From the NCBI RefSeq assembly GCF_963921235.1, contig NC_086108.1, positions 27,282,001 to 27,346,000 of the forward strand: a DNA stretch of 64,000 nt, given 5' to 3'. The position numbers and the translations under genes were made by a program. Below are positions 50,590-63,489 of this stretch, piece after piece (position 1 is the stretch's first letter; the number at the start of each line of letters is the position of its first letter). Below the pieces are notes generated by a model. The model did no database searches. It saw only the letters and a list, made by a program, of their open reading frames with translations, and was not told where the DNA came from. The stretch comes from Mobula hypostoma. Taxonomy: Eukaryota.

Positions 50590-52910
50590 AGATTTCAAAG
50601 TTCAAAGTAAATTTATCAACAAAGTACATATATGACATTTTGCATGCATTTACTAGGAAAAAATAAATACAGTAAAATTTATGAAATACTACACATAAAC
50701 AAAGACTGACAAAATTGTAAAATAAAATAAATACTGAGAACATGACTTGTATAGAGTTCAGAGGTTGTAGAATCAGTGCAGAGTAGTGATGAAAGGTGTT
50801 ATCCCCGCAAGTACAGGAGTCTGATGGCTGTAGGGTAATAACTGTTCATGAACTTGATGGCCTAGGACCTAAGGCTTCTGTAGCTCCTGTCCTATGATGG
50901 AAGTATAAAGAGAGCAAGGCCTGGGCGGTAGAGGCTTTGATAATGGATGTTGCTTTCTTGAGGCAGCGCTCCAAGTAAATGTACTCAATGGTGATGAGGA
51001 CTTTTCTTGTGATGGACTGGGCCATATCCATCACTTTCTGTAGCCTTTTCCAGGCCTAGTCTTTGGTGATTCCATACGAGGGCACGGTGCATCCCATTAG
51101 TATCCTCACCACTGTGTATCTAATGACATTTGTCAAAACTTTGGTCAAATGCAGAATCTACACAAACATGTCTTTTAGAGATACAGCATGTAACAGAGCG
51201 CTGTGGCACAATCAACTCCTTCCCCCCCACCCCCCAATTATACCCATGTAACCAAAGAACCTACTAACCCACTAATACATACCACTTTGGAATGTGGGAG
51301 AAAACTCGAGAACCCAAAGTAAACCCATATGGTCACAGGAAAAACGTACAAACTCCTTACAGACAGTTGCAGCAATTGAACCCGGGTCACTGGCACTGTG
51401 AAGCAGTGTACTAACCACTGTGCCACTCTGCCGTCCCATAACTTCTAAGATAATAGAAGTGCTGCTATGCCTTCTTTGTGATGAAACTTATGTGCTGGCC
51501 CCAGGAGAGATCCTCTCATATGCTAACTCCAAGAGATTTTAAGCAACTGACCCTCTTCACTTCCATTCCCCTAATCAGGACCGGCTCAAGGACCTTTGGC
51601 TTCTTCCTCCTGTAGCTGATAATCAGCTCTTTGATTTGGTTGACATTGAGTGACAGATTGTTGTGGCACCATTGAACCAGGCTTTCAATCTCCCTCCTGT
51701 ATGCTGATTCGCCATCACCTTTGATTTGGCCAATTAACAGTGGTGTAATCAACAAACTTAAATACTCTAAAACCATAAAATTTAGGAGCAGAATTAGGCA
51801 ATTTCACCCATTGAGTCTACTCTGCCATTTTATTATGGCTGATCCATTTTCCCTCTCAGCCCCAAATCTCCTGCCTTCTCCCCATATTCGTTCATGCCTG
51901 ACTATTCAAGAACCTATCAACCTCCACCTTAAATATACCCAATGACTTGGCCACCACAGCCACCTGTGGCAATGAATTCCACAAATTCACCACTCTCTGC
52001 TGAAAGTGGTGACTCTCTTCTCATTGCCCTCTATTCTGAGTCTGTGTCCTCTGGAGCTGTAATTAGCAAGACAATCATAAGTACCAAAAATGTAAAGCAG
52101 GGGGCTAAGCACACAGCCCTGTGGTGTACCTGTGTTAATGGTGAGTGTAGAGGAGATGTTATAGCTAATCCATACTGGCTGGTGTCTGCCAGTGAGGAAA
52201 TCAAGGGTCTAGTTGCACAGGAAGGAACAGAGGCCCCAATCTTGGAGCTTGTGGATGAGTTTTGAGGAGATAATAGTGTTGAATGCTGCATGGTAATCAA
52301 TGAAAAGCATTCTGATGTTTGCATCTTTACTGTCCAGGTGTTCCAGAACTGAGGGGATAGCCAGTGAAATGGCATCTGCCACTGACCTGTTGTATCAGTT
52401 AGCAAACTGGAGTGGATCCAAGTCAGTCCTCAGGCAGTTGGTATGCTTCATGACCAATCTCTCAGAGCACTTTATCACAGTGGATATACATAGGTGCTTC
52501 TGAATGACAGTCACTGAGACAAGTTACCATGTTCTTCTTGAGCACTGGTATGATTGAAGTATGCTTAAGCAGATGGTTGTTACTTTAGACTTCTGAAGTG
52601 AGAAGTTAAACATGTCAGTAAACACTCCAGCCAGTTGATTAATACAGCTCTTCAGTATTCAGCCAGGTAAACCGTTTGGGCCAGATGCTTTTCGTGGGTT
52701 CGCTGCCCTAAAGATGCTCTCATATCATGCTCAGAGACTGAAATCACGGGGTCATTGGGAGCTCTGGAGTTCGTGAAGGTGCCTTCTCATTTTGTTGGTC
52801 AAAGCGAGGACAAAAGGCATTAAGCTCTTCTGAGAGAGAAACCTTATTGTTATTTATTTATGTCACTAGGATTTGTTTTGTAAGAGGTGATGGCATTCAA
52901 GCCCTGCCAC
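50590..52910 (-). mobile_element. Decayed Rex/Babar LINE with nested SINE (about 51170-51437) and CR1 tail (about 51770-52055)
   Basis: WCHNNLSLNVNQIKELIISY, KKATSIIK and other RT remnants. Confidence 0.75.
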
Positions 52911-53223
52911 TGATTAGCCCCTGAACATGGCCCAAAACAGTGACTCAAAGTAATCCTGTAGCCATTCCTCCATCTCCCATGACTACTCCTGTGTTGTCCT
53001 TACCCGCTTAGTCTTTGCCAGATGATCAGATTTCATTCCACTACAGTCCAGCAGGCATTCCCAATCATAGTGCAACAGTGGTCACATGCGTTTGAACCCT
53101 TGGTGCTGCAGGTGGTATGTTGATGACAATTGAGCAGAGATTTCTTCAAACAAGCATGATTAGGATTCCCAGCAATTATGTGAAAGGTGTCGAGGTAGTC
53201 TGGTCCTTGTTCGCTTTTCGTGG

Positions 53224-54064
53224 TGTGACCAAGTTATCAGAAGATTGGTGCCAATAAGAGAGATAAGAGAGAGACAATGGGGAAGCATTCAAAATGCTAA
53301 TAAATAAGAGACGAGAGAGATTAACGAAAGGAGACACAGTTCCGAGTATTGTCAGAGACCGGTTGCTTTGAACCTGAACTGCTTGAAGTTTGATGGACAG
53401 GCGATACTCCAGCAGGAAGATAAAAGGAACAGGTTCGCTAAGGCAAGCAACACACCACGACACCACGAGATAACGAGACCCTGGAAAAGCGGTGTGCCCC
53501 CACAAGTTGGTGGTGTGTTTTGGAGATCTGATCGCGGGACCAACCATAGACGCACAGGGTGAGAAGGTACGATCGGTGGGAACCTGGTGTGTGTGTCCAC
53601 CCTTGCCTGGGTGCCGGGTTCACCGCAGAAGAACGATTGTATCCGGAACGGAGGGGTCACAGTCGGTGACCTCAGAAGACATTAAAAAGGGCTGGCGCCG
53701 ATAGCTAACTGCGAAGAGCAAAGGTTGGTCTGTTGAATCCGATTTGAATATCAGCATTTCGCTCTCTCTCTCTCCCCCCAACGGCACAACAGCGATTACT
53801 GCGAACTGAAACTGAACTGAACTCTGTGTCACTTGAGACTGATCATTTTACCCCTAGACTGCGATAGAGCTTGTTTGATCCTATTATCCTAGTTCTGTGT
53901 ACATGTGTGTTTTATCATTGCTAACCCGTTGCTTTTATATCCTCACATTTAGAGTATTGTGTTACTTGTTTCTTTAATAAAACTTCCTTAGTTCCAGTAA
54001 TCCAGACTCCAGCTAAGTGGTCCATTTCTGCTGGTTTGGCAACCCAGTTACTGTGTACGTAACA
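53224..54064 (+). mobile_element. Solo LTR (opposite orientation to the other two)
   Basis: TG...CA, TSD GTGG, AATAAA near 53976. Confidence 0.92.
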
Positions 54065-54224
54065 GTGGCACTCAGTTCATCAATTCAAGTGGTCATTGTG
54101 TTGCTATGTAAAGACAGTGATTGGGGTTCTCACAGGGAGAATGCAGAAATTCCACCAAATAATGGTTGAAGGGGAGTAACTGTTCTTCACCTGACAGTGG
54201 GTGTTTCAGGTTTTGTAACTTTAT

Positions 54225-54960
54225 ATTTTATACTTTATTGTCGCCAAACAATTGATACTAGAATGTGCAATCATCACAGCAATATTTGATTCTGCACTTC
54301 CCGCTCCCTGGATGACAAATCAATAGTAAATATTAAAAATTTAAATTATAAATCATAAATAGAAAACATAAAAATGGAAAGTAAGGTAGTACAAAAAAAC
54401 CAAGAGGCAGGTCCGGATATTTGGAGGGTACGGCCCAGATTTGGGTCAGGATCCATTCAGCACTCTTATCACAGTTGGAAAGAAGTTGTTCCCAAATCTG
54501 GCCGTTCGAGTCTTCAAGCTCCTGAGCCTTCTCCTGGAGGGAAGAGGGACGAAAAGTGTGTTGGCTGGATGGGTTGTGTCCTTGATTATCCCGGCAGCAC
54601 TACTCCGACAGCGTGCAGTGTAAAGTGAGTCCAAGGATGGAAGATTGGTTTGTGTGATGTGCTGCACCATGTTCACAATCTTCTGCAGCTTCTTCCAGTC
54701 TTGGACAGGACAACTTCCATACCAGGTTGTGATGCACCCTGGAAGAATACTTTCTACGGTGCATCTATAAAAATGAGTGAGGGTTTTAGGGGACAGCCAA
54801 ATTTCTTTAGTTTTCTCAGGAAGTAAAGGTGCTGGTGGGCCTTCTTGGCACTGAACTCTGCTTGGTTGGACCAAGTCAGGTCATTTGTGATATTGACCCC
54901 AAGGAATTTAAAGCTTTTGACCTGTTCCACTTGCGCACCACCGATGTAAATTGGGTCGTA
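54225..54960 (-). mobile_element. Rex/Babar-type LINE 3' fragment
   Basis: VKSFKFLGVNITNDLTW, FYRCTVESIL, DTTHPANTLF; same family as 848-1392. Confidence 0.88.
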
Positions 54961-55206
54961 CCTCCCATGCAATGATAGCTGTGAGAAAAATGCATGGCTT
55001 ATATTATAACCAATGGAGCACCATGTCATCTTTTCCCATAGCTTCAGACAGAGAGTACTACAACCTGTGAGTAAGTATGCAACAGATAGAACAATCTATA
55101 ACCTGGATCTCTTGTTAGGATGCTTGGAGTTGAAGAGGATCTCTATAATGTGACACTGACTCAGCGATCAGCATGGCATTGAGAAGGTGATTGCAAGCTT
55201 GTCTAT

Positions 55207-55590
55207 GAAGGTTCTCTGTCATCCAGGTCATTGTATATCAAGCAGTAGTAAATCAAGGCAACTGGACTTGCTGTGTTGTCCAGAATACATTTTGCCACTC
55301 ATCCGAGAGGCTTCTTCAGTGCTAATTCATGGTAGGTAGTTTTCCACCTTATAAGCTCTGTGAGTTGTTTAAAGGTATAGCAATCACATGAGGGTCATTA
55401 ACCCAGTGTGTCTCCACAACATTTCACACCTCCATTCATGCAAAGATAAGACTAAAGTCCCTCTCGTTACTTCTATGACTCTTAACGACCCACATATGAT
55501 TGCTGAAGAAGTCTCTTGGATAGGTGACAAAATGTCTTCTAGAGCACACAGCAAGTCCAGTTGCCTTGATTTACTATTGCTTGATATGAT
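55207..55590. mobile_element. Second Penelope-like family, inverted terminal arms
   Basis: Arms about 55235-55330 and 55496-55587; ctgaaga...gacaaaatgtc degenerate hammerhead-like core. Confidence 0.6.
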
Positions 55591-55844
55591 TGTAAGCTTG
55601 TGTCTAAGTGCTGCTGTTGAGCAATTTATCACCATCATTACTACATGCTATGTCTTATGATGTGGGCAAAATTTTCTACAGAAGTGGTTCATCATTGGGC
55701 CGCGTCTTTATAAGAAGATAACCCCAGCCATTATCAATACTCTTCAGTGATTGTCTGCTTGACATCAAGAGTTGCATAACCAGGACCAGCTGCTCATATG
55801 AGCATCCACATCCTGCTCCTACCTCTTCAGGCGATCCTACTGAG

Positions 55845-56075
55845 AGAGGAGAGCGAACGACAACTCAGACCATGAGAGGCCTGTGTCAGGCATCTTCATG
55901 CCTTTCAAAGCGCAGATTGGAAGTCTGTGTGGGGCGCCACTCCTCGCATAGACACTAGAGCGATGTGTGTTAAGTGCATTGCTCAAGGACACAAAAACAC
56001 TGCCACAGCTGAGGCTCGAACTAGCGACCTTCAGATCACTAGACAAACACCTTAACCACTTGGCCACGTGCCCAA
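55845..56075 (-). mobile_element. tRNA-derived SINE with 9-bp TSD, nested in an older repeat
   Basis: A box TGGCCAAGTGG, B box AGTTCGAGCC; TSD cctactgag. Confidence 0.85.
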
Positions 56076-57003
56076 CCTACTGAGGGACTACGAAGTAGGT
56101 GCCACACCTTGCCCAAGAATGACTTGCAGGCTAGGGGAGGGAGGGAGCACCTTACAACTCCTTCGGTAGAGATATATCTCCATCCCTCGAATCTAATAAA
56201 AACAGAGCTTGCATTTAAACTCCTGCTTCACCACCTCTCACTCCTTTTACAGAACATGAAATATTTGTAGTGTGGGAAAGTTAGCTGTGAAATTATACAC
56301 CACAGAACAGCAGTACGATAAATGACCAGTTAATCAGTTCTTTGGTGATGTTGATTGAGGGGGAAATGATTAGCCCAGAAGGGCAGGATGATATATACAG
56401 GTGTCATGTTTGTTTGCTGTAAATAGCATAACCCTGTCACAAACCCTACCAGGTGGATGCGACATAGCAGTAAGTATAGTTTATGACTTTTTTATTGGTG
56501 CAGGCAAGCAGGTTTCAATCTGCAGCTGAACATGAAATCTCCTCTCATCTAAATAGGCTTAGTAGAACTCTATTTTTAATGTGCCAGTTCATAGCTCAAC
56601 AAAATATACATTCCACTGTTATTAATCAGAATTCATTAGCAGATTGACCATCAAGCAAAATAGAGCAAAACACATGAAGAGTTTAGATTTATAGTTTCTT
56701 CTCTTATTCTTGTGAATGTAATTGCCAAGTGAACACAATGATTTAAAGCAGGTATGACTTATGTATTGACTTCTGCATTACTGGAGGTTATTTTATTGAA
56801 AAATGATTATATAAAGCTATTAATGGCTTGCTGCCATTGATAAATTTTCTGCTCCCATACCAATGTTTATGCATAATTCTGAAAATTCGTATCAGTAAAA
56901 GTCAAAATAAATGCCTAGAAGTAATCATCATTTTCACCCATTGAAATGATGGAAGAATCAAAACTGAATTCTACTAAGCCTATATATAAAGCAGAAAATA
57001 TAC

Positions 57004-57154
57004 CATAATGCTTTTTCAAGCAACCACACAGTATTGAATCAATGGCCACCTCTGCAATACTAATCACCAAGAACAATAATTCATGTTTACAGCTGGTCAG
57101 AAAGACCAGTATGAAAATCTCCAGTGCAGCCTGCACTGCTGCATTTGACTGCAT
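57004..57154 (-). pseudogene. Exon: probable transmembrane segment of unit 1
   Basis: Ends HELLFLVISIAEVAIDSILCGCLKKHY|gtatat (hydrophobic run then KK); T-rich acceptor. Confidence 0.45.
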
Positions 57155-57489
57155 CTCTTTTTAAAAAACAAAGCTAAAATGAGTTATCTCCAAAATGACC
57201 CCTGCACCAAAATAATGCATATGTTAGGATCCCCTCGTTTTGATCTCAGTCCTACATCTGGCCTAATTTTACAACCTGGGGGTTGGTTCCAGTTTACAGC
57301 CATGACCGACAGCTCTCCGTACTTCAACACTGTTTAGTGGGGAACATTCCAGAGGTTGTCTACCTCTGTGGAGAAAGCCACAATCAGGATATTGTTCCCT
57401 GATATTGTATGCTTCCTTTTACCTCATAAAATATTGTTTGTTGTCTATTTTCCAGTGTTTTTGAGTGAAATACACTGAAACATTTTTTT

Positions 57490-59480
57490 ACAACATAGAA
57501 CATTGAACATGGAATATAGAACACCAAAACACTGTATAAGCCCTTTAGTCCATGATGTTCTTTTGACCTTTTAACCTCTTCTAAGATCAACCTAACCCTT
57601 CCATCCTACATAGCCCATCGTTTTTCTATCACATATGTGATTATCTGAGAGTTTCTTAAATTTCCACTATGCATCTGCCTCCACCATCACCATTCCACAC
57701 TGCAGCAGGGTGTTCCACACACCCATCACTCTCTGTGTAAAAAAATTACCTGTAATACCTTCTCTACACTTTCTTCCAATAATCTTATAATTATACCCCC
57801 TCATATTAGCTATTTCTTCCTAGGGAAAAAGTCTCTAGATGTCCATTCAATCTATGCCTCTTATCATCTTGTACACCTACATCAAACCACCTCTCTTCCT
57901 TCTTCGCTCCAAAGAGTAAAACCCTAGCTTGCTCATCTTATCCTAAGACATGCTGTCTAATCCAGGCAATACCTGGTAAATCTCCTCTGCACCCTCTCTA
58001 AAGCTTCCACATCCTTCCTTTAATGAGGCGACTACCAATAAACACAATATTCCAAATATGGTCTAACATGGGTTTATGGATCTGCAGCATCACCCTGTGG
58101 CTTTTGAACTCAATCCCTGGCTAATGAAGGCCAACATACTTTATGCCTTCTTAAAAACACTGTTAACTTGCATGGCAACTTTGCGGGATCTAAGGATGTG
58201 GACCACAAGATCCCTCTGTTCGTCTGCACTGCTAAGTATCCTGCCACTAACCCTGTATTGTGCCTTCAGATTTGACCTTGCAGAGTGAAACACTTCACAC
58301 TTTTCTAGGTTGAATTTCTAAGCCTAGCACTGCAGCCTGTCAATGCTCCAATTGAATCTCTTACTAACTCTTCCTTCAGTTAGTCCTGATGAAGGGTCTC
58401 AGCCTGAAACGTCGACTGTACCTCTTCCTATAGATGCTGCCTGGCCTGCTGCGTTCACCAGCAACTTTGATGTGTGTTCCTTGTGGAACACTGCTGATCA
58501 CTGATCTCCAGGCAGAAGACATTCCATCTACAACCATCCTCTGCCTTTTCAATCAACACAGCCAAGTTTCCTTAGATCACATACCTCCTGACTTCCAGAA
58601 TGAGCCTACTATAGGGAATTTAACAAACACCTGACTAAAATCTGCATACACTACATCAACTGCTCTACCGCAATGTGCTTTGTCACATCTTCAAAGAAGT
58701 CAGTCAGGCTTGTGAGTGATAACTTGCCCCTTGCAAAATCATTCTGACTAACCCTACTCAGACTATGTTCCCCAAATGATCATAAATCCTGTCTTGAAGA
58801 ATCTTCTCCAATAATTTGCCCACCACTGAATTACAACTCACTGGTCTATAATTCCCCAGGATTTTCCCTACTCCTTTTCATGAACAAAAGAATAACAATG
58901 ACCATCCTCCAATCTTCTGGAGTTTCTCCTGTGGCCAGTGATCATCACCAAAAGTACAGCAATCTCTTCCCTCACTTACCATAGTCACCTGGGATATATC
59001 CCTTTAAGATCATGAGGGTTTATCTGTCCTAATGGTTTTCAAAACATCCTCTTTCAACCTGTTTTATGCTGTCCTCACAAACACCAATACTAAAGCAAAG
59101 TATTCATTAAGGACCTTCACTATTTTCTCCGACTCCAGGGACCTGTTTCCTCTTCTATCCCTAATTGTTTCAACCCATACTTTAGTTACCCTTCTGTTCT
59201 TCCAGTATACTAGAACACCTTGGGGTTTTCTTTAATCCTACTCACCAAGGCTTTCTCATGCCCCTCCCCTTTTCTAGCTCTCCTATGTCCATTCTTCAGC
59301 TCCTACCTGGCTACTTTGAGCCTTGTCTGATCTTTGCTTCCCGAATCTTATATCAGTTTCTTTCTTCCTCTTGGTTATATGTTCCACATTTCTCGTCACA
59401 TGGTCCTTCACTCTACTATCCTTTCCCAGTCTCAATGGGACAAACTTCTTGACAAACACCATGCATGTGCTCCCTATAAA
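57490..59480 (-). mobile_element. Decayed CR1 LINE ORF2
   Basis: (aacatag)n tail and CR1 RT remnants. Confidence 0.75.
58381..58418 (+). ncRNA. Minimal type I hammerhead ribozyme motif in a Penelope-like end (about 58337-58478)
   Basis: tagtc CTGATGA agg-gtctcag-cct GAAA cg TC gactg: full core, stem I, stem II and minimal palindromic stem III. Confidence 0.7.
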
Positions 59481-59481
59481 T

Positions 59482-60018
59482 AGAACATAGAACATAAATA
59501 TTTGCAGCACCTTACAGGCCCTTCAGCCCATAATGTTGTGCCGACCATATAAACTATTCTAGAGATTTCCTAGAATTTCCCTAGCGCATAGCCCTCTATT
59601 TTTCTAAGCTTTATGTACCTATCTAAGAGGCTCCTAAAAACTCTATTGTATCTGCTTCCACCACCACCATTGGCAGTGAATTCCACACACCCAGCACTCT
59701 CTGTGTGGAAAAACTTAATCCTAGCATCCCCTCGGTACCTATTTCCAAGCTCCTTAAAACTATGGCCCCTTATGTAAGCCATTTCAGCTCTGGCGAACAG
59801 CCTCTGGCTATCCACATGAACAATGCCCCTCATCATCTTATACACCTCTATCAGACCACCTCTCATCCTCCATTGCTCCAAGGAGGAAAGGCCAAGTACA
59901 CTCAACCTATTCTCATAAGGTACGCCCTCCAATCCAGGCAACATCCTTGTAAATCTCCTCTGCACTCTCCCTATAGTATCCACATCCTTCCTGTATTGAG
60001 GTGACCAGAACTGAGCAA
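59482..60018 (-). mobile_element. CR1 3' fragment
   Basis: QFWSPQYRKDV..VQRRFTRMLPGL. Confidence 0.85.
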
Positions 60019-60019
60019 T

Positions 60020-61122
60020 GTTCACTTTTCTGATGTACATTTCCCTGAGAACATCCACTCACAATTTATGCTATCATCATAATTCCCATTAGCATAGATA
60101 TACCACAAGGCTGTGTGCTTAACCCTTGCTCTATTCGTTTTATACTTATGACTGTGAGGCAAAGTGCAGCTCCAATGCCGTTATTTAAGTTTTCTGATGA
60201 CACCATTGTCGCTGGTTGACTCAAAGGTGGTGATGAATCAGCAGATAGAAGGCTGAGTGGGGCCACAACAACAACCTCTCACTCAATGTCAGCAAGATCA
60301 AGGAGCTGATTATTGACTTCAGGAGGAGGAAACCATTGGTCCATGAGTCTGTCCTCATGGGGATCAGTTGAGGAGATGTTTAGCAACTTTAAATTCCTTG
60401 GTGTTATCTTTTCAGTGGTTCTGTCCTGGGCCCAGCACTTACGTGTAATTATGAAAAAAGCACAGTAGCACCTTTACTTCCTCCGAGGTTTGTGAAGATT
60501 TGGCATGACATCTAGAACTTTGATCAACTTCTACAGACGTGCAGTGGAGAATATATTGACTGGTTGCATCACAGCCTGGTGTGGAAGCAGCAATTCCCTT
60601 GAACGGAAAATCCTACAAAATGTAGCGGATATGGCCCAGTCCATCATGCAAAAGCTCTCCCCACCATTGAACACATCTACATGAAACACTGTCGCAGGAA
60701 AGTAATATCCATCAGCAAGGATTCCCATCACCCAAGGCCATGTTCTCTTCTCATTGCTGCAATCAGGAAGATGGCCAAGGAGCCTCAGGACCCACACCAC
60801 CAGCTTCAGGAAAAATGTTGAACTCTTGGACCAAAGAGATAGCTTCACTCAACTTCATTCGCCCCATCACTGTACTTGAACTCACTTTCAAGGACTCATC
60901 ACCTCATGTTCTTGCTATTTATTGTTCATTTATTTACTTTTCTCATTTGTATTTGCATAGTCTGTTGTTTTTTGAACATTGGTCATTTTTTCCATCCTGT
61001 TTGGTGTGGTCTTTCATTGATTCTATAGAGTGTTTCTTGGATTTGTTGTGTGTGTCCGCAAGAAAACAGATCTCAGGGTTTTATATGGTGACGTGTAAAT
61101 TTACTTGAAACTTTGAACTTTG
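60020..61122 (+). mobile_element. Rex/Babar-type LINE 3' fragment
   Basis: IPQGCVL, FKFSDDT, NNLSLNV, FYRRAVENIL; (ctttgaa)n tail. Confidence 0.8.
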
Positions 61123-61760
61123 TTCTCAAGTTCCTGCCTCAGAGCATCATAATTACCCTTCCCAAATTACAATAAGTACTTTCCCTTATCGTCTTTTCTG
61201 GTCCCTGTGCAGGACTATGTTAAAGATAAGGGAGTTGTAGTTATTGTCTCTGAAACCGATAGATCTGATACCTATCCTGGTTCATTACCTAGCACCAGAT
61301 CCAGTATGGTGTCTCCTCTAGTTAACCTAGCTATATTGTGTCAGAAGTCCTTCCTGGGAACACTAAAAAAAGCCCCTTCCCGTATAAACCTTTTGTACTA
61401 AGGAGATGTCAATCAATATTAGAGATGTTGAGGTAACCCATGACAAGACAACAACCCTGTTATTTTTGCATCTTTCTAAAAGCTACCTACTGATCTGTTG
61501 CTCAGTATCCCTGTTGCTGTTGTGGGGACCTATAAAATTCTCTCAATAGAGTGATTGGTCTGTTCCTATTTCTGACTTCCACACACATTGGCTTAGTAGA
61601 CGATCCATCCATGATGTCCTCCCTCTCTGTAGTCACGATACTATCCCTGATAGTAATGCCACTCCCACATCTCCTTTTTTTCCCGTCTGTGTCTCTTTTG
61701 AAACAGCTAAACCTCAGAACATCCAGCAGCCATTCCTACCCTTGTGACTGCCAAGTCTCC

Positions 61761-62432
61761 ATTAGATTATATTAGATTATGAGGACACGCAGTCCTCCTT
61801 TATTGTCATTTAGTAATGCATGCATTAAGAAATGATACAATGTTCCTCCAGTATGATATCACAGAAACACAAGACAAAACAAGACTAAAAAACTGACAAA
61901 AACCACATAGTTATAACATATAGTTACAACAGTGCAAAGCAATACCGTAATTTGATAAAGAACAGACCATGGGCACGGTAAAAAAAAAGTCTCAAAGTCT
62001 CTCGAATGTCCCGTCATCTCACGCAGACAGTAGAAGGGAGAAACTCTTCCTGCCATGAACCTACAGCGCCGCAAACTTGTCGATGCCGCACCCTGGAAGC
62101 ACCTGACCACAGCCGACTCTTGAGTCAGTCCGAAAAAATTGAGCCTGCGACACCGAGCACTAAGCACCATCTCTGCCGAGCACTTCGACCCCAGCCCTGG
62201 CAACAGGCAATAGGCAAAGCCAAGGATTTGGGGCCTTCCCCCCCGGAGATTCTCGATCGCACAGTAGCAATGGCAGCGAAACAGGCATTTCAGAAGTTTC
62301 TCCGGATGTTTCTCCATGCTTCTCACGTCTGTCTCCATCAAATCAAGATTGTGCACGGTACCTACTTAACAAATACCGATATCTTTTCGGAGCAGCCATG
62401 CGCTCTGCGTCGCGCCGCCATCTTCTCCTCCC
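61761..62432 (-). mobile_element. Young non-coding LINE-tailed element inserted in a CR1 endonuclease remnant (about 61160-62480)
   Basis: Minus 5' end gaggagaagatggcggcgcgacgc, CpG-rich; 3' end ctaaatgacaataaa...ataatctaat repeats. Confidence 0.65.
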
Positions 62433-62956
62433 CTCCCCAAATTGCCACAATGCCATTATGGCCACAATGTCATATTTCCATGTACTGCCCCATGCTCTGA
62501 GTTCTTCACCCTTCTTTCTGATACTTCTGGCATTACAATAGACTCAGTTCAGCTATTTTTTAAAGAAAGTTCAAATATTACAGCAAACTTTCAGTTGGGA
62601 GTGTATTTGATGCTGCTAAGAGAGCACTACTCCCTCATCTGACCACAACGTCTTCATTTGACTATGTATGTGCCCACAAGCAGCATCTGTGAACTCTTTC
62701 TTCAATCAATTAGACAGTGGCTAATTGTTATCCCACCTTGGCTCTATTATTATCCTTTTGTACAAGATCTACCAATCTCAGTTCTGCAAATGTGATGGTA
62801 GTGGATTCACTGTCTGCAAAACTCAGAAGGAGATTTTAATTTCTGTCTGTTACAAGTATTTACGATACCCTTACTAGGGGGAGGTCATACTGCATTCCAG
62901 GACTAGCATACTTCTCTGTCCAGTCTCTGTGGCAAGGTCTAGCTGCCAATACTTAC

Positions 62957-63005
62957 TGTTAGAGTGATGGGTTCCTCCTCTCTGCCAAGGAGGAGATACT
63001 TCCAG
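62957..63005 (-). pseudogene. 49-nt exon, possible external hydrophobic patch (..EEEPITLT)
   Basis: ctttattag|CTG...ACA|gtaagt, strong donor; needs one frameshift. Confidence 0.45.
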
Positions 63006-63178
63006 CTAATAAAGTAATTTAAATACCATTTTTTAATGGTATATGTTTAAATTTTGACAAATAGCTCTTAGTATTTCTGTCAGTCTTCTTGTCATTCCTA
63101 ACAATCCTCAATGCTTTCTAGTATATATACTGCTTTGCTACGAGATGACATTATCTACATGTGTTGTTTTTCAGATAC

Positions 63179-63236
63179 CTTTCCTGGGATAAAGTAATTC
63201 ACACAGATGGTCTAAAAGCTTTTGGGGACTGTGTAC
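63179..63236 (-). pseudogene. 58-nt exon after ZP-C (VHSPQKLLDHLCELLYPRK)
   Basis: ctgtctag|GTA...AAAG|gtatct; phase 0 start matches previous exon; open frame with Cys and basic end. Confidence 0.5.
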
Positions 63237-63489
63237 CTAGACAGCCAAAATTAATGCTATGAGGTCTGACTCTCTGAGTACACTAATATTCAAACTATTG
63301 ATTGATCGGCTATACCTGTGATGTTTGATGTTCTAAGTGACAAAATCAGTCTGGTCTGAAAGCTTAGTTGAACTCAGTCACAGTGGTTCAATTAACTTCA
63401 CTAGTGATGCCTGTTTTGATGCAAGCCAATTGGCATACCGCAATATTTTACATTGATTAAATATGAGCCTATAAGACCTTATTGTTTAC

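Noticed and set aside
55990..56075. tRNA gene (also near 44910 and 51430)
   Set aside because: A/B boxes belong to SINE heads that continue into a body and tail; one has a clear TSD.
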